The position numbers and the translations under genes were made by a program. The notes under the pieces are model-generated. The model saw only the letters and a list, made by a program, of their open reading frames with translations. It had not been told where the DNA came from and searched no databases. From contig OZ252244.1 in NCBI GenBank assembly GCA_965249575.1, positions 2,400,001-2,464,000 of the forward strand: a DNA stretch of 64,000 nucleotides, written 5' to 3'. Below are positions 1 to 10,818 of the stretch, piece by piece; the first letter of the stretch is position 1, and the number at the start of each line of letters is the position of its first letter. Source of the DNA: Gemmatimonadales bacterium. Lineage in GTDB: Bacteria; Gemmatimonadota; Gemmatimonadetes; Gemmatimonadales; GWC2-71-9.

Positions 1-468
1 GAGAGCTGGCAGCTGTCGGAGAGTCTGCGGAGCGCCAATGGGAATAGGCTGGCTAGCGTCGGACCCTACTTCAACGTCCACAACCCCAGCCGCTATTACG
101 ATCCCGCGAGCCCGACCCTTCTCTCGCGCCCTATCGACCTATGCTACGAAGTGCTGGCGGCCGGCGAGAGGGCACAGGGAGGGCTTTGCGAAGGCGTGAC
201 GGACCTGATCGCGTGGGACGATCCCCGATCTCCCTTCGATGGCGCGCACCGCGACGTCGATATCAATTCGATTCGTTTGAGTAATAAGGACGGCCCGGAG
301 GTTTGGTATACCGATGCGTTTGGCAAGAACGGAAGTCCGGAGCCTTTTGACGGGTCGATCCGGCAGTTCATTTCGAAGATGGACAACGAGGCCATTACTC
401 CATCCGGCCCATCTGTTGGGCGTCGCCGCCACTACGGGGTGGGGGAAGGAGTGCACCCCCCGAATTAG
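1..468 (+). CDS. Hypothetical protein, C-terminal part (truncated by window start)
   Basis: Frame 1 is open from base 1 (ESWQLSESLRS...) to TAG at 466-468. Composition is protein-like; no motif recognised. Confidence 0.7.
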   Translation, partial: ESWQLSESLRSANGNRLASVGPYFNVHNPSRYYDPASPTLLSRPIDLCYEVLAAGERAQGGLCEGVTDLIAWDDPRSPFDGAHRDVDINSIRLSNKDGPEVWYTDAFGKNGSPEPFDGSIRQFISKMDNEAITPSGPSVGRRRHYGVGEGVHPPN

Positions 469-486
469 TCGGGTTTTCTCCCCGGA

Positions 487-1543
487 GTGCGTTTCCTGCA
501 GTCGATCCGCACATCCGGCACCCTATCTGCTCTCGCTCGCCTCCCTGATTGCCTGTCTCCTAGCGGTGGGATGCGCCGGCGACCAAGGGCGATCGCGGGC
601 CGGACAGCGTCCGATAGTGGTGGAGGAGTACGCTTCGGTTCCTGGCTATCTGAGGATCGGGCCGGAGCCCGAGCGCCGGATCCGCTTGACCGATCGCGGC
701 TACACGCTTCTCCGGCCAGCCGGCACCGACAAATCGAAGGGGGTCGTGGTGTTTGTCGACCCGGGACGCTTCGACACGGCGGCGTTCTTCGATGTCACTG
801 GAGGCTTTGACGCCCAGGCCCTGAGTCAAGGTCTGAGCGTGCTCCACATCAGTACTGGAAACCCGCTCGAATTCCTCCTTGACGAAGGCGCGCTCGACGA
901 CGTTACGCGGCGCGTGGTGGCCATCCTCAAGCGCCAGGGTCTCGCGAGTGCGCCGCTCTTTCTGGCGGGTATGTCATTGGGTGGCACCCGGGCACTCAAG
1001 CTCACGATCTTTCTTCAGAGGCATCGCGGCCGGTATTCCATTGAGCCCGCCGCCGTTGCTGTCGTAGACGCGCCGCTCGACATGACCCGCATGTGGAATG
1101 CCATGCGCCGCGCCGGAGAGGCTCGCTTTCATCCGGCGGCAGCCGACGAAGGGCGCTGGGTCAGGTATATGCTCGAGACCAATCTGGGCGGGACACCCGG
1201 GGAGGTGCCGGACCGGTACGTGTCCTACTCGCCGTACGCCCATTCGGCTCCGGACGCCGGCAATGCAGTCCACCTACGCGACGTGGCCGTGGGTGCGTAC
1301 CACGAGCCCGATGTGAACTGGTGGATCGAGAACCGGCGGAAGAGCTACTACGACATGAACTCGATCGACCTGGCCGCCTTGATCAATACCCTGAGACTCC
1401 ACGGCAATGAGCGGGCCGAGCTGATCACGACGCATCGCCGGCGGGAGGGGTTCGCCGGCGGCTCGTCTCCACACACCTGGTCCATCGTCGATGAGACCGA
1501 TTTGGTGGACTGGTTCCTGGCCCAGGCGAAGCCGCGTCGCTAG
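487..1543 (+). CDS. Putative lipoprotein alpha/beta-hydrolase
   Basis: Lipobox-like LLAVGC, nucleophile elbow GMSLGG and C-terminal PHTWS. The start is uncertain: no clean in-frame start precedes the signal peptide, so an indel near 500-520 is possible. Confidence 0.65.
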
Positions 1544-1739
1544 CGCGTTATGTGATCCCAGCACATTCAATACGCGACCGAGCACTCCTGCTGCGGCGTT
1601 GCGGGAGGTGTCCGGCCATCGGCTCACTCCTCCGTCCCGCCGTGTAGATTCAAGCTGCCCTCCGCCCGATTGCGCCGACGGACGGCGTGCCCTGTCGGCG
1701 TCGAGCCATCCCCACTCGCTGGCCACCGGGAGAAAGCCC

Positions 1740-4007
1740 ATGTCGATGAGATGTCTGCTGGCCTCCGTCCTCGTCGTCCCGTCCCTATGTGTTTCGGGGG
1801 TGGTTGCGCAGGACAGCCGCGTCACCGAGTACGACGCGTACGTCAAGGGTGTTCGGATGGCCGAGCTTGCGGTCCATGAGGCTGGAGGTGCGTGGACGTT
1901 TTCCATCAGGAGGAGAACCCCGTTTTCGGTAGAGTGGGGCGAAACCGTCGTGGCCGGCCAAGAAGACGCGGCGCGCGTAGGAGCGTTGGCCCTCTGGGGA
2001 TCGATACGGGACGTCGTACCGACACTGCCGAGCTAGCTGGAGCTCACTCGACGCTGTCGGGTGGCCGAGCGCGCAGACGATCTACGTGCGGCATCGGGAA
2101 ATGGACGGGTGGGTGAGAGGGGAGACCGTATCTGCGCTGTACTGGGCGCAGAAAGATGCGTCCCGACCGATGGATCTCGTATTCGATTCAAAAGACGAAT
2201 TCGTCGCGGCGATCGACGTGAGCGCCAACATCGTGCTTGTTCGGCGCGGGTATGAGGAATTCACAACGGTGGCGCGTTGGAACAAGGCGTCGGTCTCCCA
2301 GGCAAAGTACGGCGTTAAGAAACTCGGCATGTTCCGCGTGCGGGGCGACGACGGGGTCGGTCTCTCCACACTCGTGTATCTGCCGGATGGTGAGACCGGT
2401 GGGCCGTTTCCCACGATTCTCATCCGTACGCCCTACGGCATCAGCAACCTGATCGACTCCTATTGGCACTATGCCGCGCGGGGCTACGCCCTCGTGTTTC
2501 AGGCCGCCCGCGGACAGGCGTACTGGGACACTGAGGGCCAGTCCGAAGGGACCTGGGACCCGTTGATCAACGAACCTCGGGACGGAGCCCGGGCACTCGA
2601 GTGGATTACGGAGCAGGAATGGTCGGACGGCGGCATCTGCATGCAGGGCGGGTCGTACGTTGGGTACACACAGTGGGCCGCAACGATGGCGGGGAATCCG
2701 GCACTCAAGTGCATCATTCCAGAGAGCTCGATGGGAACGACATTCAGCGACCAGCCATACATGGGCGGCGGATTCCTCGAGGGCCTGGCGTATTACGTCT
2801 TCTGGATGCTGGATCTCCCAATCCTGCCTGATCGCCTGTGGTCCGACATCCTCCATTACCGGCCGCTGATCGACCTGGACGAGTACGCCACGGGAAAGGA
2901 CGTACCCCAGTGGAATGCGTTCTTGGAACATTGGTCGAACGACGAGTATTGGCGCGTGCAGGACTGGTATCGCGCCGACGTCGAACGCCGCTTTGGGGCG
3001 TTACAGATCAGCGGTTGGTTTGACGACGATTTCGCCGGCACTGAAAGCAACTGGGCGCTGGTCCAGCGGACGAGCCCGACTCCCCAACGCCTCATCGTCG
3101 GTCCCTGGAAGCATGGCTATAACGTCGACCGGATGCTGAACGAGTTCAGTTTCGGACCAAACGCGTTGCGGGACGACATCTGGCTCCTCAAGCAAAAGTG
3201 GTACGATCACTTCCTGAAGGGTATCGACAATGGCGTCACCGACCGCAGCGTCGAGTACTTCGTGCTCGGCACGAACCAGTGGCGAACGGCGTCACGCTGG
3301 CCTCCGGAAGAGGCCGTTTCTCAAAAGTGGTATCTGAACAGCGGTGGCAGGGCTCATCGAACCTCCACTGACGGGTCGCTCAGCCGCGCGGAACCCACTG
3401 GGCGGGGTGTGCCCGACGTGTACCGCTACGATCCACAGGATCCGCCTCCCAACTGGATGAGCTTCGATCGAATGATGCGCTGGGAGGACGTGCAGACCTT
3501 CCCGTACGACTTCAAGGACATCGAGGATCGCCACGACGTGGTGGTTTTCACCTCGGAGCCCCTCGACGAAGACCTTACCGCGGCCGGGAAGATCATGGCG
3601 GCCCTGTACGCGTCCACCGATGTGCGCGACACGGACTGGTGGGTGCACGTCTCCGATGTCAATCCGGACGGTCGATCTGTTCGCCTCACGGTGGGGATGC
3701 TGCGGGCGCGTTTCCGGGACCTCGAGGATCCGGTAAACCAAATCGTCGGTTCGAGACGGAGCAACTGCTGTCCGGAAATCTGGAGGATGTCGTCCGGTAC
3801 GAAATCAGTATCCCGTCGATCGCGAACACTTTCAAGAAGGGACACCGGATTCGTATCGCGGTCATGAACGCGCTCGACAAATACCTCTTTCCGAACTCGA
3901 ACACCGGGGAGCACGAGGCATACGTAGATACGACCGTCGTTGGGACCATGAGAATTCATCACAGCGGCGAGTACCCGAGCCACGTCGTCCTCCCGATCCT
4001 CCCCTAG
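1740..4007 (+). pseudogene. CocE/NonD-family (S15-like) serine hydrolase with signal peptide, split by two frameshifts
   Basis: Signal peptide from ATG 1740; motifs IRTPYG, GGSYVG, GWFDD, GPWKHG and a C-terminal PepX_C-like region (NTFKKGHRIRIAV). Frame changes at about 1981-2034 and about 3750. May be sequencing error. Confidence 0.8.
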
Positions 4008-4085
4008 GCGCCATTTGAGGAAGGCCGCCGTCTCCCGGCAGGCGTCTGGCACGTCATCCCTGGCTGCGTCTCGAACAAGTTCAAA

Positions 4086-5650
4086 GTGAACCGGGACGCC
4101 ATGACGGACCGCATGCGAGACCGGTCCGACGATTGGGACATCATCGTGATCGGCGGCGGGGCGACCGGCATGGGCATCGCGGTCGATGCTGCCTCCCGCG
4201 GGTTCGGCGTGCTGTTGGTCGAACAGGCGGATTTCGGGAAGGGGACTTCCACTCGTTCCACCAAGCTCATACATGGCGGCGTCCGATACCTGCAACAGGG
4301 CAACGTGTCGTTGGTAATGGAGGCGCCGAAGGAGCGTGGCATGCTCCTCGAGAATGCGCCTCATCTCGTGTCCGACCTGGCATTCGTGGTGCCCAACTAC
4401 GAATGGTGGGAAGCTCCATTCTACGGTGTGGGCATGAAGGTGTACGACGTTCTGGCAGGGCGGTACCGGTTTGGCCGTTCTCAAGACCTGTCGGTCGAGG
4501 AAACGATCGTGCGGCTACCGAACATCGAGCGGGATGGCCTTCGGGGTGGCGTGCTGTACCATGACGGCCAGTTCGACGACGCGCGCCTACTGGTGAACCT
4601 CGCGTAAACCGCCTTCGAGCAGGGGGCGACGATCGTCAACTATGTCCGGGTCGCTGACATCCTGAAAGACGGCGCGGGATTCGTGGCTGGGGTGCGGGTA
4701 GTTGATATGGAGTGCGGAGAGGAGCGCGAGGTGCGGGGACGGGTCGTCATCAATGCCACGGGCCCGTTCACGGACTCGGTCCGTCGACTGGACGACCCCG
4801 CTGCACCGTCGATCATTCAGCCCAGCCAGGGAGTGCATCTCACGCTCGACCGCTCGTTCCTCGCCGGTGACTCGGCGATCATGGTGCCGCGTACATCCGA
4901 CGGTCGCGTGATGTTCGCCGTCCCCTGGCACGACCACGTCATCGTCGGGACGACCGATACGCCGCTCGATCAAGTCGCGCTGGAGCCCAGAGCCGCGCCC
5001 GACGAGATCGATTTCATCTTAGAAACAGCGGTGCAATACCTCATCCGCGATCCGACACGCGAGGAGGTGCTGTCGGTGTTCGCGGGTATCCGTCCCCTCG
5101 TACGAACGGGAGACGGGGGAACCACAACCACACACTCTCGCGGGAACACAGCATCGAGGTCTCGGCATCTGGTCTCCTGACGATCGCGGGCGGCAAGTGG
5201 ACCACATACCGCAACATGGCGGAAGACTGCGTGGACCACGCGATAACGGTCGGAGATCTCGAGGACCGCCCATGCCTCACGAGATCGCTGCGCATTCACG
5301 GGCACCTTCACGACGCGAGCCGGTTCGGCGATCTGGCTTGGTATGGGTCAGACGCCACCGCGGTGCGGCCGCTCATCGAGTCGGAAGAGCGTTTCAGTCG
5401 GCGCCTGCACCCCGCCCTCCCGTACCGGGGCGGCGAGGTCGTATGGTCCGCCCGGCGGGAGATGGCTCGTACGGTGGACGACTACTTGTCCCGCCGGAGC
5501 CGGGCAACGTTTCTGAACGCACGGGCCGCCATCGCGATGGCGCCGGCCGTGGCCCGGCTCCTGGCCGAGACCCTCGGTCGGGATGATCCCTGGGCGGCCG
5601 ACCAGGTAACGGAATACGAGGGGATAGCCGAGGGTTACCTCGCACATTGA
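4086..5650 (+). pseudogene. glpD: FAD-dependent glycerol-3-phosphate dehydrogenase/oxidase, interrupted
   Basis: IGGGATG, GTSTRSTKLIHGGVRYL, DGQFDDARL and IAGGKWTTYR. In-frame TAA at 4605-4607 (NLA*TAFEQG) and a frameshift in a CA run at about 5129-5135. Confidence 0.88.
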
Positions 5651-5790
5651 ATGGCTGCCGGTTGGAGCCGGTCCGGCAGGTTGACGGGGGGTGACTCGGA
5701 GCCCCTCTTATACGGATGGATCGCACGTTTAGCGTGCCTGGATCTCATGGAACTACTCGATCCGAGACGACCCTTTTGGAGGAAGTCATC

Positions 5791-7740
5791 ATGTTACGCA
5801 GCGTTCTAGCCATATCGCTGCTGCTGGCCGCTGGGCCGCTGGCGGCACAGGAGTACGAGCCGGTTTCAATCGACGAGCTCCAGTCGATCGGGTCCGTCAT
5901 AGGGGGACGTGACGCACCCCTGTGGGCCCCTGATGGCTCGGGCATTCTCTTCCTGAGCGGGCTCGATGGGGGGCTCTGGACGATTGATCCGGATAACGGA
6001 GTACAGACCCGTGTCGCTCAGGGGTTGGCACGGGGCGTGTTCTCGCGCGCCACGCTGCGCTTCCGGTGGTCCCCTGATGGACGACACATCGCCTTTGTTC
6101 GGTCGGCCGGCGAAGCTTCGGAGATCTTTCTCTGGAACGTTGCCGAGGGATCGCAACGGCAGCTGACGAACCTAGGCGCGCGGGTGATGGCGTACAGCTT
6201 CTCCCCCGACGGCCGCGCGATCGCGTTCTCCAGCAACCGGTACGGCAGTCACGATATCTGGACCGTGTCGGTTGCCGACGGCCGCGCAAAGAGGCTCACC
6301 GCCGACATGCGGGAGGACGTTTTCCCCTCGTGGACTCCGGACGGCGGTAAGATCATCTACACCCGCCTCGACGAAGCTTGGGTGGATCACGACGTGTTCG
6401 AGATCCCGGCAGCAGGGGGCACTTCCAAGCTGATCCTGTCCGACAAAGACTACTTCGACTACCGCAACGGAGCCTCCTTCGGATTCGTCCAGGCTTCGCC
6501 GGATGGCAAGACGCTCATGTTCCGATCCCAGCGAAGCGGATGGGCACACTACTGGATCGTGCCGGTCGGCGGTGGGACGCCAAGGCAGATCGCGTCCGAG
6601 GAGGCGGACCAGAGCGAGGCGCGGTGGTCGCCTGACGGTCGACACGTTCTGTTCCTCTCGATCTCGCACGGCACGCAGAGTCTCAAAGTCGTGCCGGCGA
6701 GTGGTGGCCGTTCCGCTACGCTTTTCTCGCCAACCACGGGAACCGTGTCGGGCGCCGAGTGGTCCCCGGACAGCCGCCGCATCTCCTACAAGCTTGGCAC
6801 ACCGACGTCGGCAGCGGACCTCTATGTCGTCGCGGCTGGAGGCGGAACGCCCAAACAGCTGACGTTCTCAGGGCCGGGTGGGGGCCTCGCTTCGAGACTC
6901 ATCAAGCCCGAGAAGGTGAGCTGGGTGAACGAGGGATACACGATCAATGCGTATCTGTATAAGCCCCAGCACCTCAGGGCGGGGGAGCGGGCCCCGGTGA
7001 TCATGCTAGTCCACGGTGGCCCGACCGGGCAGTTCCGAGACAACTTCCAGATTCAGCCGCAGTACTTCGCCAGCCGTGGCTACGCCGTTCTCGCGCCGAA
7101 CGTTCGCGGCAGCTCGGGATACGGCAAGGCGTTCGAGGATGCCAACAATCGTGACTGGGGCCACGGCGACCTGCGCGACGTGGTTGCAGGCGTCGAGTGG
7201 ATCAAGCGCCAGCCCTACGTGAATCCGGACAAGATCGGCATCACCGGAATCAGCTACGGCGGTATGCTCACAATGTACGCGATCGCGCACGCCCCGGGGG
7301 TATTTCAGGCGGCAATCTCCGGGTCGGGATACGGCGACGTGCGTGAATTCCATACGAAGGTGCTGGTCCACCAGCATGCTCAGCTCCTGAGTTACGAGCT
7401 CGGCAAGTGGCCCTCGACACCTGAGGTCGACTCGATCTACCGCCGCAGCTCGTCGATTCTGAAGGCCAAAGACGTGACCACGCCCACCATGTTCATTCAC
7501 GGCTACGGGTTGAACCGCTACGACAAGCATCTGCCGGCGCTCAGGTTCGCGGAGGAGCTGAGCCGGTTCAACAAGGTCGTGCGATACAAGAAGTACCCTA
7601 ACGAGACGTACTACGTGTACGGGAAGGAGAATGTCAAACAGGTGCTGACGGACATGCTCGCGTTCTTCGATCAGTTCCTGAAGGATGGTGCCACAGCGGC
7701 GCCGGAGCTGGCCGCGAGCCGCGGACCCGACGGAAGGTAG
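5791..7740 (+). CDS. Secreted S9-family (prolyl oligopeptidase-like) protein with TolB-like beta-propeller and atypical C-terminal catalytic motifs
   Basis: SD GGAGG, signal peptide, repeated W/FSPDG motifs, VHGGP, NVRGSSGYG and GISYGG. Confidence 0.9.
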   Translation: MLRSVLAISLLLAAGPLAAQEYEPVSIDELQSIGSVIGGRDAPLWAPDGSGILFLSGLDGGLWTIDPDNGVQTRVAQGLARGVFSRATLRFRWSPDGRHIAFVRSAGEASEIFLWNVAEGSQRQLTNLGARVMAYSFSPDGRAIAFSSNRYGSHDIWTVSVADGRAKRLTADMREDVFPSWTPDGGKIIYTRLDEAWVDHDVFEIPAAGGTSKLILSDKDYFDYRNGASFGFVQASPDGKTLMFRSQRSGWAHYWIVPVGGGTPRQIASEEADQSEARWSPDGRHVLFLSISHGTQSLKVVPASGGRSATLFSPTTGTVSGAEWSPDSRRISYKLGTPTSAADLYVVAAGGGTPKQLTFSGPGGGLASRLIKPEKVSWVNEGYTINAYLYKPQHLRAGERAPVIMLVHGGPTGQFRDNFQIQPQYFASRGYAVLAPNVRGSSGYGKAFEDANNRDWGHGDLRDVVAGVEWIKRQPYVNPDKIGITGISYGGMLTMYAIAHAPGVFQAAISGSGYGDVREFHTKVLVHQHAQLLSYELGKWPSTPEVDSIYRRSSSILKAKDVTTPTMFIHGYGLNRYDKHLPALRFAEELSRFNKVVRYKKYPNETYYVYGKENVKQVLTDMLAFFDQFLKDGATAAPELAASRGPDGR

Positions 7741-7774
7741 TGGCGTAGGGCGGTAGTAAGCGTATCAGGCGAGC

Positions 7775-7814
7775 ACGGCGATCTCCGGACTGCACACCCG
7801 GAGATCGCCGTTTT
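7775..7814 (+). terminator. Rho-independent terminator
   Basis: Perfect 14-bp stem ACGGCGATCTCCGG/CCGGAGATCGCCGT with a 9-nt loop and a T run, between convergent genes. Confidence 0.8.
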
Positions 7815-7841
7815 ACAGCTCGCGGCGGGAGCTGTCGCCGA

Positions 7842-8075
7842 TCAGTCCTTGAACGGCGAAGGCCTCGAATGGGTCGATGGGGGCGGCGCGCGATCCAAAA
7901 GGCGCTGCAGTTCTTCCGTGCTCAATTCAAACGGATCGGCCTCGTATCCGGGTGCCGGTGCCGACCGGGCCGGCCCAGGGTTTCCGGCGACAGGTTCGAG
8001 GTTCCAGTCCGCCCGCGTACGGGGCCGGACTTCCCAGCTGTGGCCATCACGGTCGACGAATTTGCGGTAACCCAC
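7842..8075 (-). CDS. Small hypothetical protein (77 aa)
   Basis: MGYRKFVDRDGHSWEVR...ELSTEELQRLLDRA; GAGG upstream; ends at the terminator. Confidence 0.7.
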   Translation of the reverse strand: MGYRKFVDRDGHSWEVRPRTRADWNLEPVAGNPGPARSAPAPGYEADPFELSTEELQRLLDRAPPPSTHSRPSPFKD

Positions 8076-8269
8076 TGCGTGGACCTCGATCTCGGGCGAT
8101 GTGCCTCGCGGAACCTACCCGATGACCGATGGTGCGCCAGAGGTGCTGTGGTCGTGGCAACCGACAGCTTGGGTTGCCCGCCTGCGGGGGTCGCCAAACG
8201 AGGATTCGAGCGTTCATTGAGCTTGAGCGGCAATTCCCTGCACACGTCCAGTAGGCCTTGGGGGAAACA

Positions 8270-8531
8270 ATGAAGAGCGTGACCTGGAAGTGCCTTTGCC
8301 TCGCTGTCATTCGTGCTGGTTGCTTCGTTCTCCTGCGGCGGGGCAGTGGCCGACTGCGTGCAAAACTACTTCGACGGTACCTCACAGCGGCAGAGCGAGT
8401 ATACGCAGGGAGAATGCGAGGCGCGGTGCGCCGAAGCGGCCGAATTGGCCCCAACCGCGCTCACAACCTGTTTCTGGACCGGCCGGGTAGCGCTTCCCAG
8501 CGAGCCTACGGTCACGCTGGAAGGAGACTGA
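8270..8531 (+). pseudogene. Small Cys-rich putative lipoprotein, frameshifted
   Basis: MKSVTWKCLCL joins, after a frame change near 8300, to LSFVLVASFSC-GGAVADCVQNY...CEARC...TCFW. GGGGA upstream of the ATG. Confidence 0.5.
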
Positions 8532-8563
8532 ATCGAAGCCTTGCGGCTTTGGTGCGTCCCGCC

Positions 8564-9856
8564 CTACGAACGGCGGCGCGGCTTCGCTTTCCCGCTGCTG
8601 GAGCCGGAAGACCCGCGGCTTCCACCTCGCGTATACCCGCCCTTTGAGGCCGTGCTTCCCCGACGTCCGGACGCGCTGGATCCGCGACCGGACGATGCGG
8701 GCTGGCTCCCGCGCCGTCTTGTGTTCTGCACGGCTCGGCGGGGTGTATCACTTCCCGAGCTGGTGCTACGTGTGTAGCCCCGGCCCTTCACCACTTGGCC
8801 ATCGCGTGCACCCCCCTCGTCCCCCTGGCCCCGAAGGATGATGATGGTGCGTCCCGGGTAGCCGTAACCGTAGGGGCTGTACCATCCGAGCCCGCCTCCG
8901 TAGCCCCCAAAGCCATATCCGTAACAGAGTGAGGAGCGGTAAAAGCTCTGTGAGCCACATCCGGAGTAGCTACCCCGGTTATGCGGTCCCCACCCATACG
9001 GGTCGCTCCCGTAGTGGTCGGTTCCGTAACCCGATTCGGCGGAGCCGCCGCGCGGTCGAAGGTCCGGGCCTTCGCCACCGCGGCTGATCTCGAAGCGGTC
9101 GGGATAGGACAGCGCCACCACGACGTCGATGACGTCGTCCGACACGTCGGCTTCCGCGAGGGCGACTAACCCACCAGCATCCAGTTGGAATGCCTGGTCG
9201 CGCTCGAAGAGGAATACTTCAAGCGCCTCCGGATCGACGCTCCGTGCGGCTTCGCGAACGTCGGCGAGCGTGAGGCGCATCGACGCCACGATCCTGGCTT
9301 CGTTAACCTGGAACTGCTCGTCCGGCGTGATCGCGAACTCGGCTGGCGGCATCGACTCTGCGGGCTGATAGCGGACGACGCGCGGTGTCCGCTCTCCCTC
9401 GAGGCCGATTGCTTGTGCATCGATCCACTCGCCTTCGGTGGACATCGCCATCACCGCGGATGCCGTCCGGACCGTACCATCCTCACAGGTGCGCTCGGAC
9501 CGCAAGTAGACCCGCTGGCCATCCGATGAGAACGCTGCCGACTGCCAGCCGCGACATGTGTCGGTCCCCTGCTCGTAGCGCTGTCCGTCAGCCACGAGCC
9601 TGTGCGTCGACACGATCCGCGTGCCTGCCACGGTGGACACGTCCACCCCGGCTCCACCCGCGCGAACGCAGACGAGACTCTCGGCGAGCGGGTCATCAGC
9701 GGGTTGCCAGCAGCCGAACCACGGCAACCATCGCGTATCGGGTCCCGCCTGTCCGAGGATCTGAGTTGGCCAGGCGCACGCCAAGGCCGCAACGATCGTT
9801 CCCACCACGAGAATCGAGTTTCTGCCCGATGGGTACCGCGCTGTAAGTTTTTTCAT
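8564..9856 (-). CDS. Secreted hypothetical protein with Gly/Tyr-rich and Arg/Ser/Gly-rich low-complexity C-terminus
   Basis: 430-aa ORF with signal peptide and SD GGAG, 14 bp downstream of the barrel gene. Confidence 0.8.
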   Translation of the reverse strand: MKKLTARYPSGRNSILVVGTIVAALACAWPTQILGQAGPDTRWLPWFGCWQPADDPLAESLVCVRAGGAGVDVSTVAGTRIVSTHRLVADGQRYEQGTDTCRGWQSAAFSSDGQRVYLRSERTCEDGTVRTASAVMAMSTEGEWIDAQAIGLEGERTPRVVRYQPAESMPPAEFAITPDEQFQVNEARIVASMRLTLADVREAARSVDPEALEVFLFERDQAFQLDAGGLVALAEADVSDDVIDVVVALSYPDRFEISRGGEGPDLRPRGGSAESGYGTDHYGSDPYGWGPHNRGSYSGCGSQSFYRSSLCYGYGFGGYGGGLGWYSPYGYGYPGRTIIILRGQGDEGGARDGQVVKGRGYTRSTSSGSDTPRRAVQNTRRRGSQPASSGRGSSASGRRGSTASKGGYTRGGSRGSSGSSSGKAKPRRRS

Positions 9857-9870
9857 CGTTGCCGCTCCAG

Positions 9871-10650
9871 CTAGAGGCGGAGGCGAACGCCCCCTGATAT
9901 CTGCAGTCCGTTCAAGTCGATGCCGTCGGTGAATCCGGCGAATCGATTGTCCAGGCCGCCCGAGGCAACCTGATACCGCACGTCCGTGTTGATTACGACT
10001 CTGTCACTCAGACTGTAGTCCAATCCGGTCATGAAGACCGCGAGCGGCGCCCAACCGCTCGATTCGAACGCATCTTCGAAGATGTCGAGATTCTGGAAAT
10101 CGACGAACGATCCGACCTGTTGGAACGTGTAGTGCACCACCCCGCCCCCGGCGCCGACATAAGGCGAGAGCCGGGCAGGCACCCACGCGAATCGACCGAT
10201 GCGCCGTCCGCGAGGTGTGAGGTACAACCGCACGGCCGCGGTGATCGGGGTCTGGGAGAACGTGGTCTGCTGTCGAATCGGAAGGTCGTTCTGATCGACG
10301 AAATCGCGGAACTCGGATGCCCTGCTGATCCGTGCGTGGGCGGTGCCGAACACGACCTCGACCGGTCCTGTTACCGTGATACCGATCTCCCCCGCTCCCA
10401 TGAACGCACTGAAATCCGTTCGATCGAGCGTCAGCTGTTCGGTCGCGAGATCGAATACACCGCTTCCGGCCCGTGCGAGGTTGAAGCCCACTCGCATTCC
10501 GAACGTGACGCGCGGCGGCTGAAAGCGGAACCCGTCCGGGGTGTGCTGAACGACGTCCGCGACGGGCGTCGCGCGCGCGCTCAGTCCTTGCGCGCTCGCC
10601 ACGCTCGGGAATGGCAGGATTACGATCGCAACCAGGGTCGAAGGTCGCAC
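9871..10650 (-). CDS. Outer-membrane beta-barrel protein (OmpA/OmpW-like)
   Basis: Signal peptide, amphipathic strands, PYVGAGGG motif and C-terminal strand QISGGVRLRL. Start taken at the GTG after AGGGAG. Confidence 0.8.
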   Translation of the reverse strand: MRPSTLVAIVILPFPSVASAQGLSARATPVADVVQHTPDGFRFQPPRVTFGMRVGFNLARAGSGVFDLATEQLTLDRTDFSAFMGAGEIGITVTGPVEVVFGTAHARISRASEFRDFVDQNDLPIRQQTTFSQTPITAAVRLYLTPRGRRIGRFAWVPARLSPYVGAGGGVVHYTFQQVGSFVDFQNLDIFEDAFESSGWAPLAVFMTGLDYSLSDRVVINTDVRYQVASGGLDNRFAGFTDGIDLNGLQISGGVRLRL

Positions 10651-10818
10651 GTTCGTCTGGATCTCCCTCTGCTTCTCTACCCACCAACGGGCTGGAGGTA
10701 CCACACCTCAAATCTAGGACCGCATCACGCGAGGGGCCAGGAAGTGCGGCGGCTGATATCATTACCAACGGAAGTGAGGGTGTGCTACACTATGATTTCA
10801 CTCGAGTGATTGGGACTC

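Noticed and set aside
5681..5714. TTGACG...TATACG promoter before the S9 gene
   Set aside because: The 22-bp spacer is too long.
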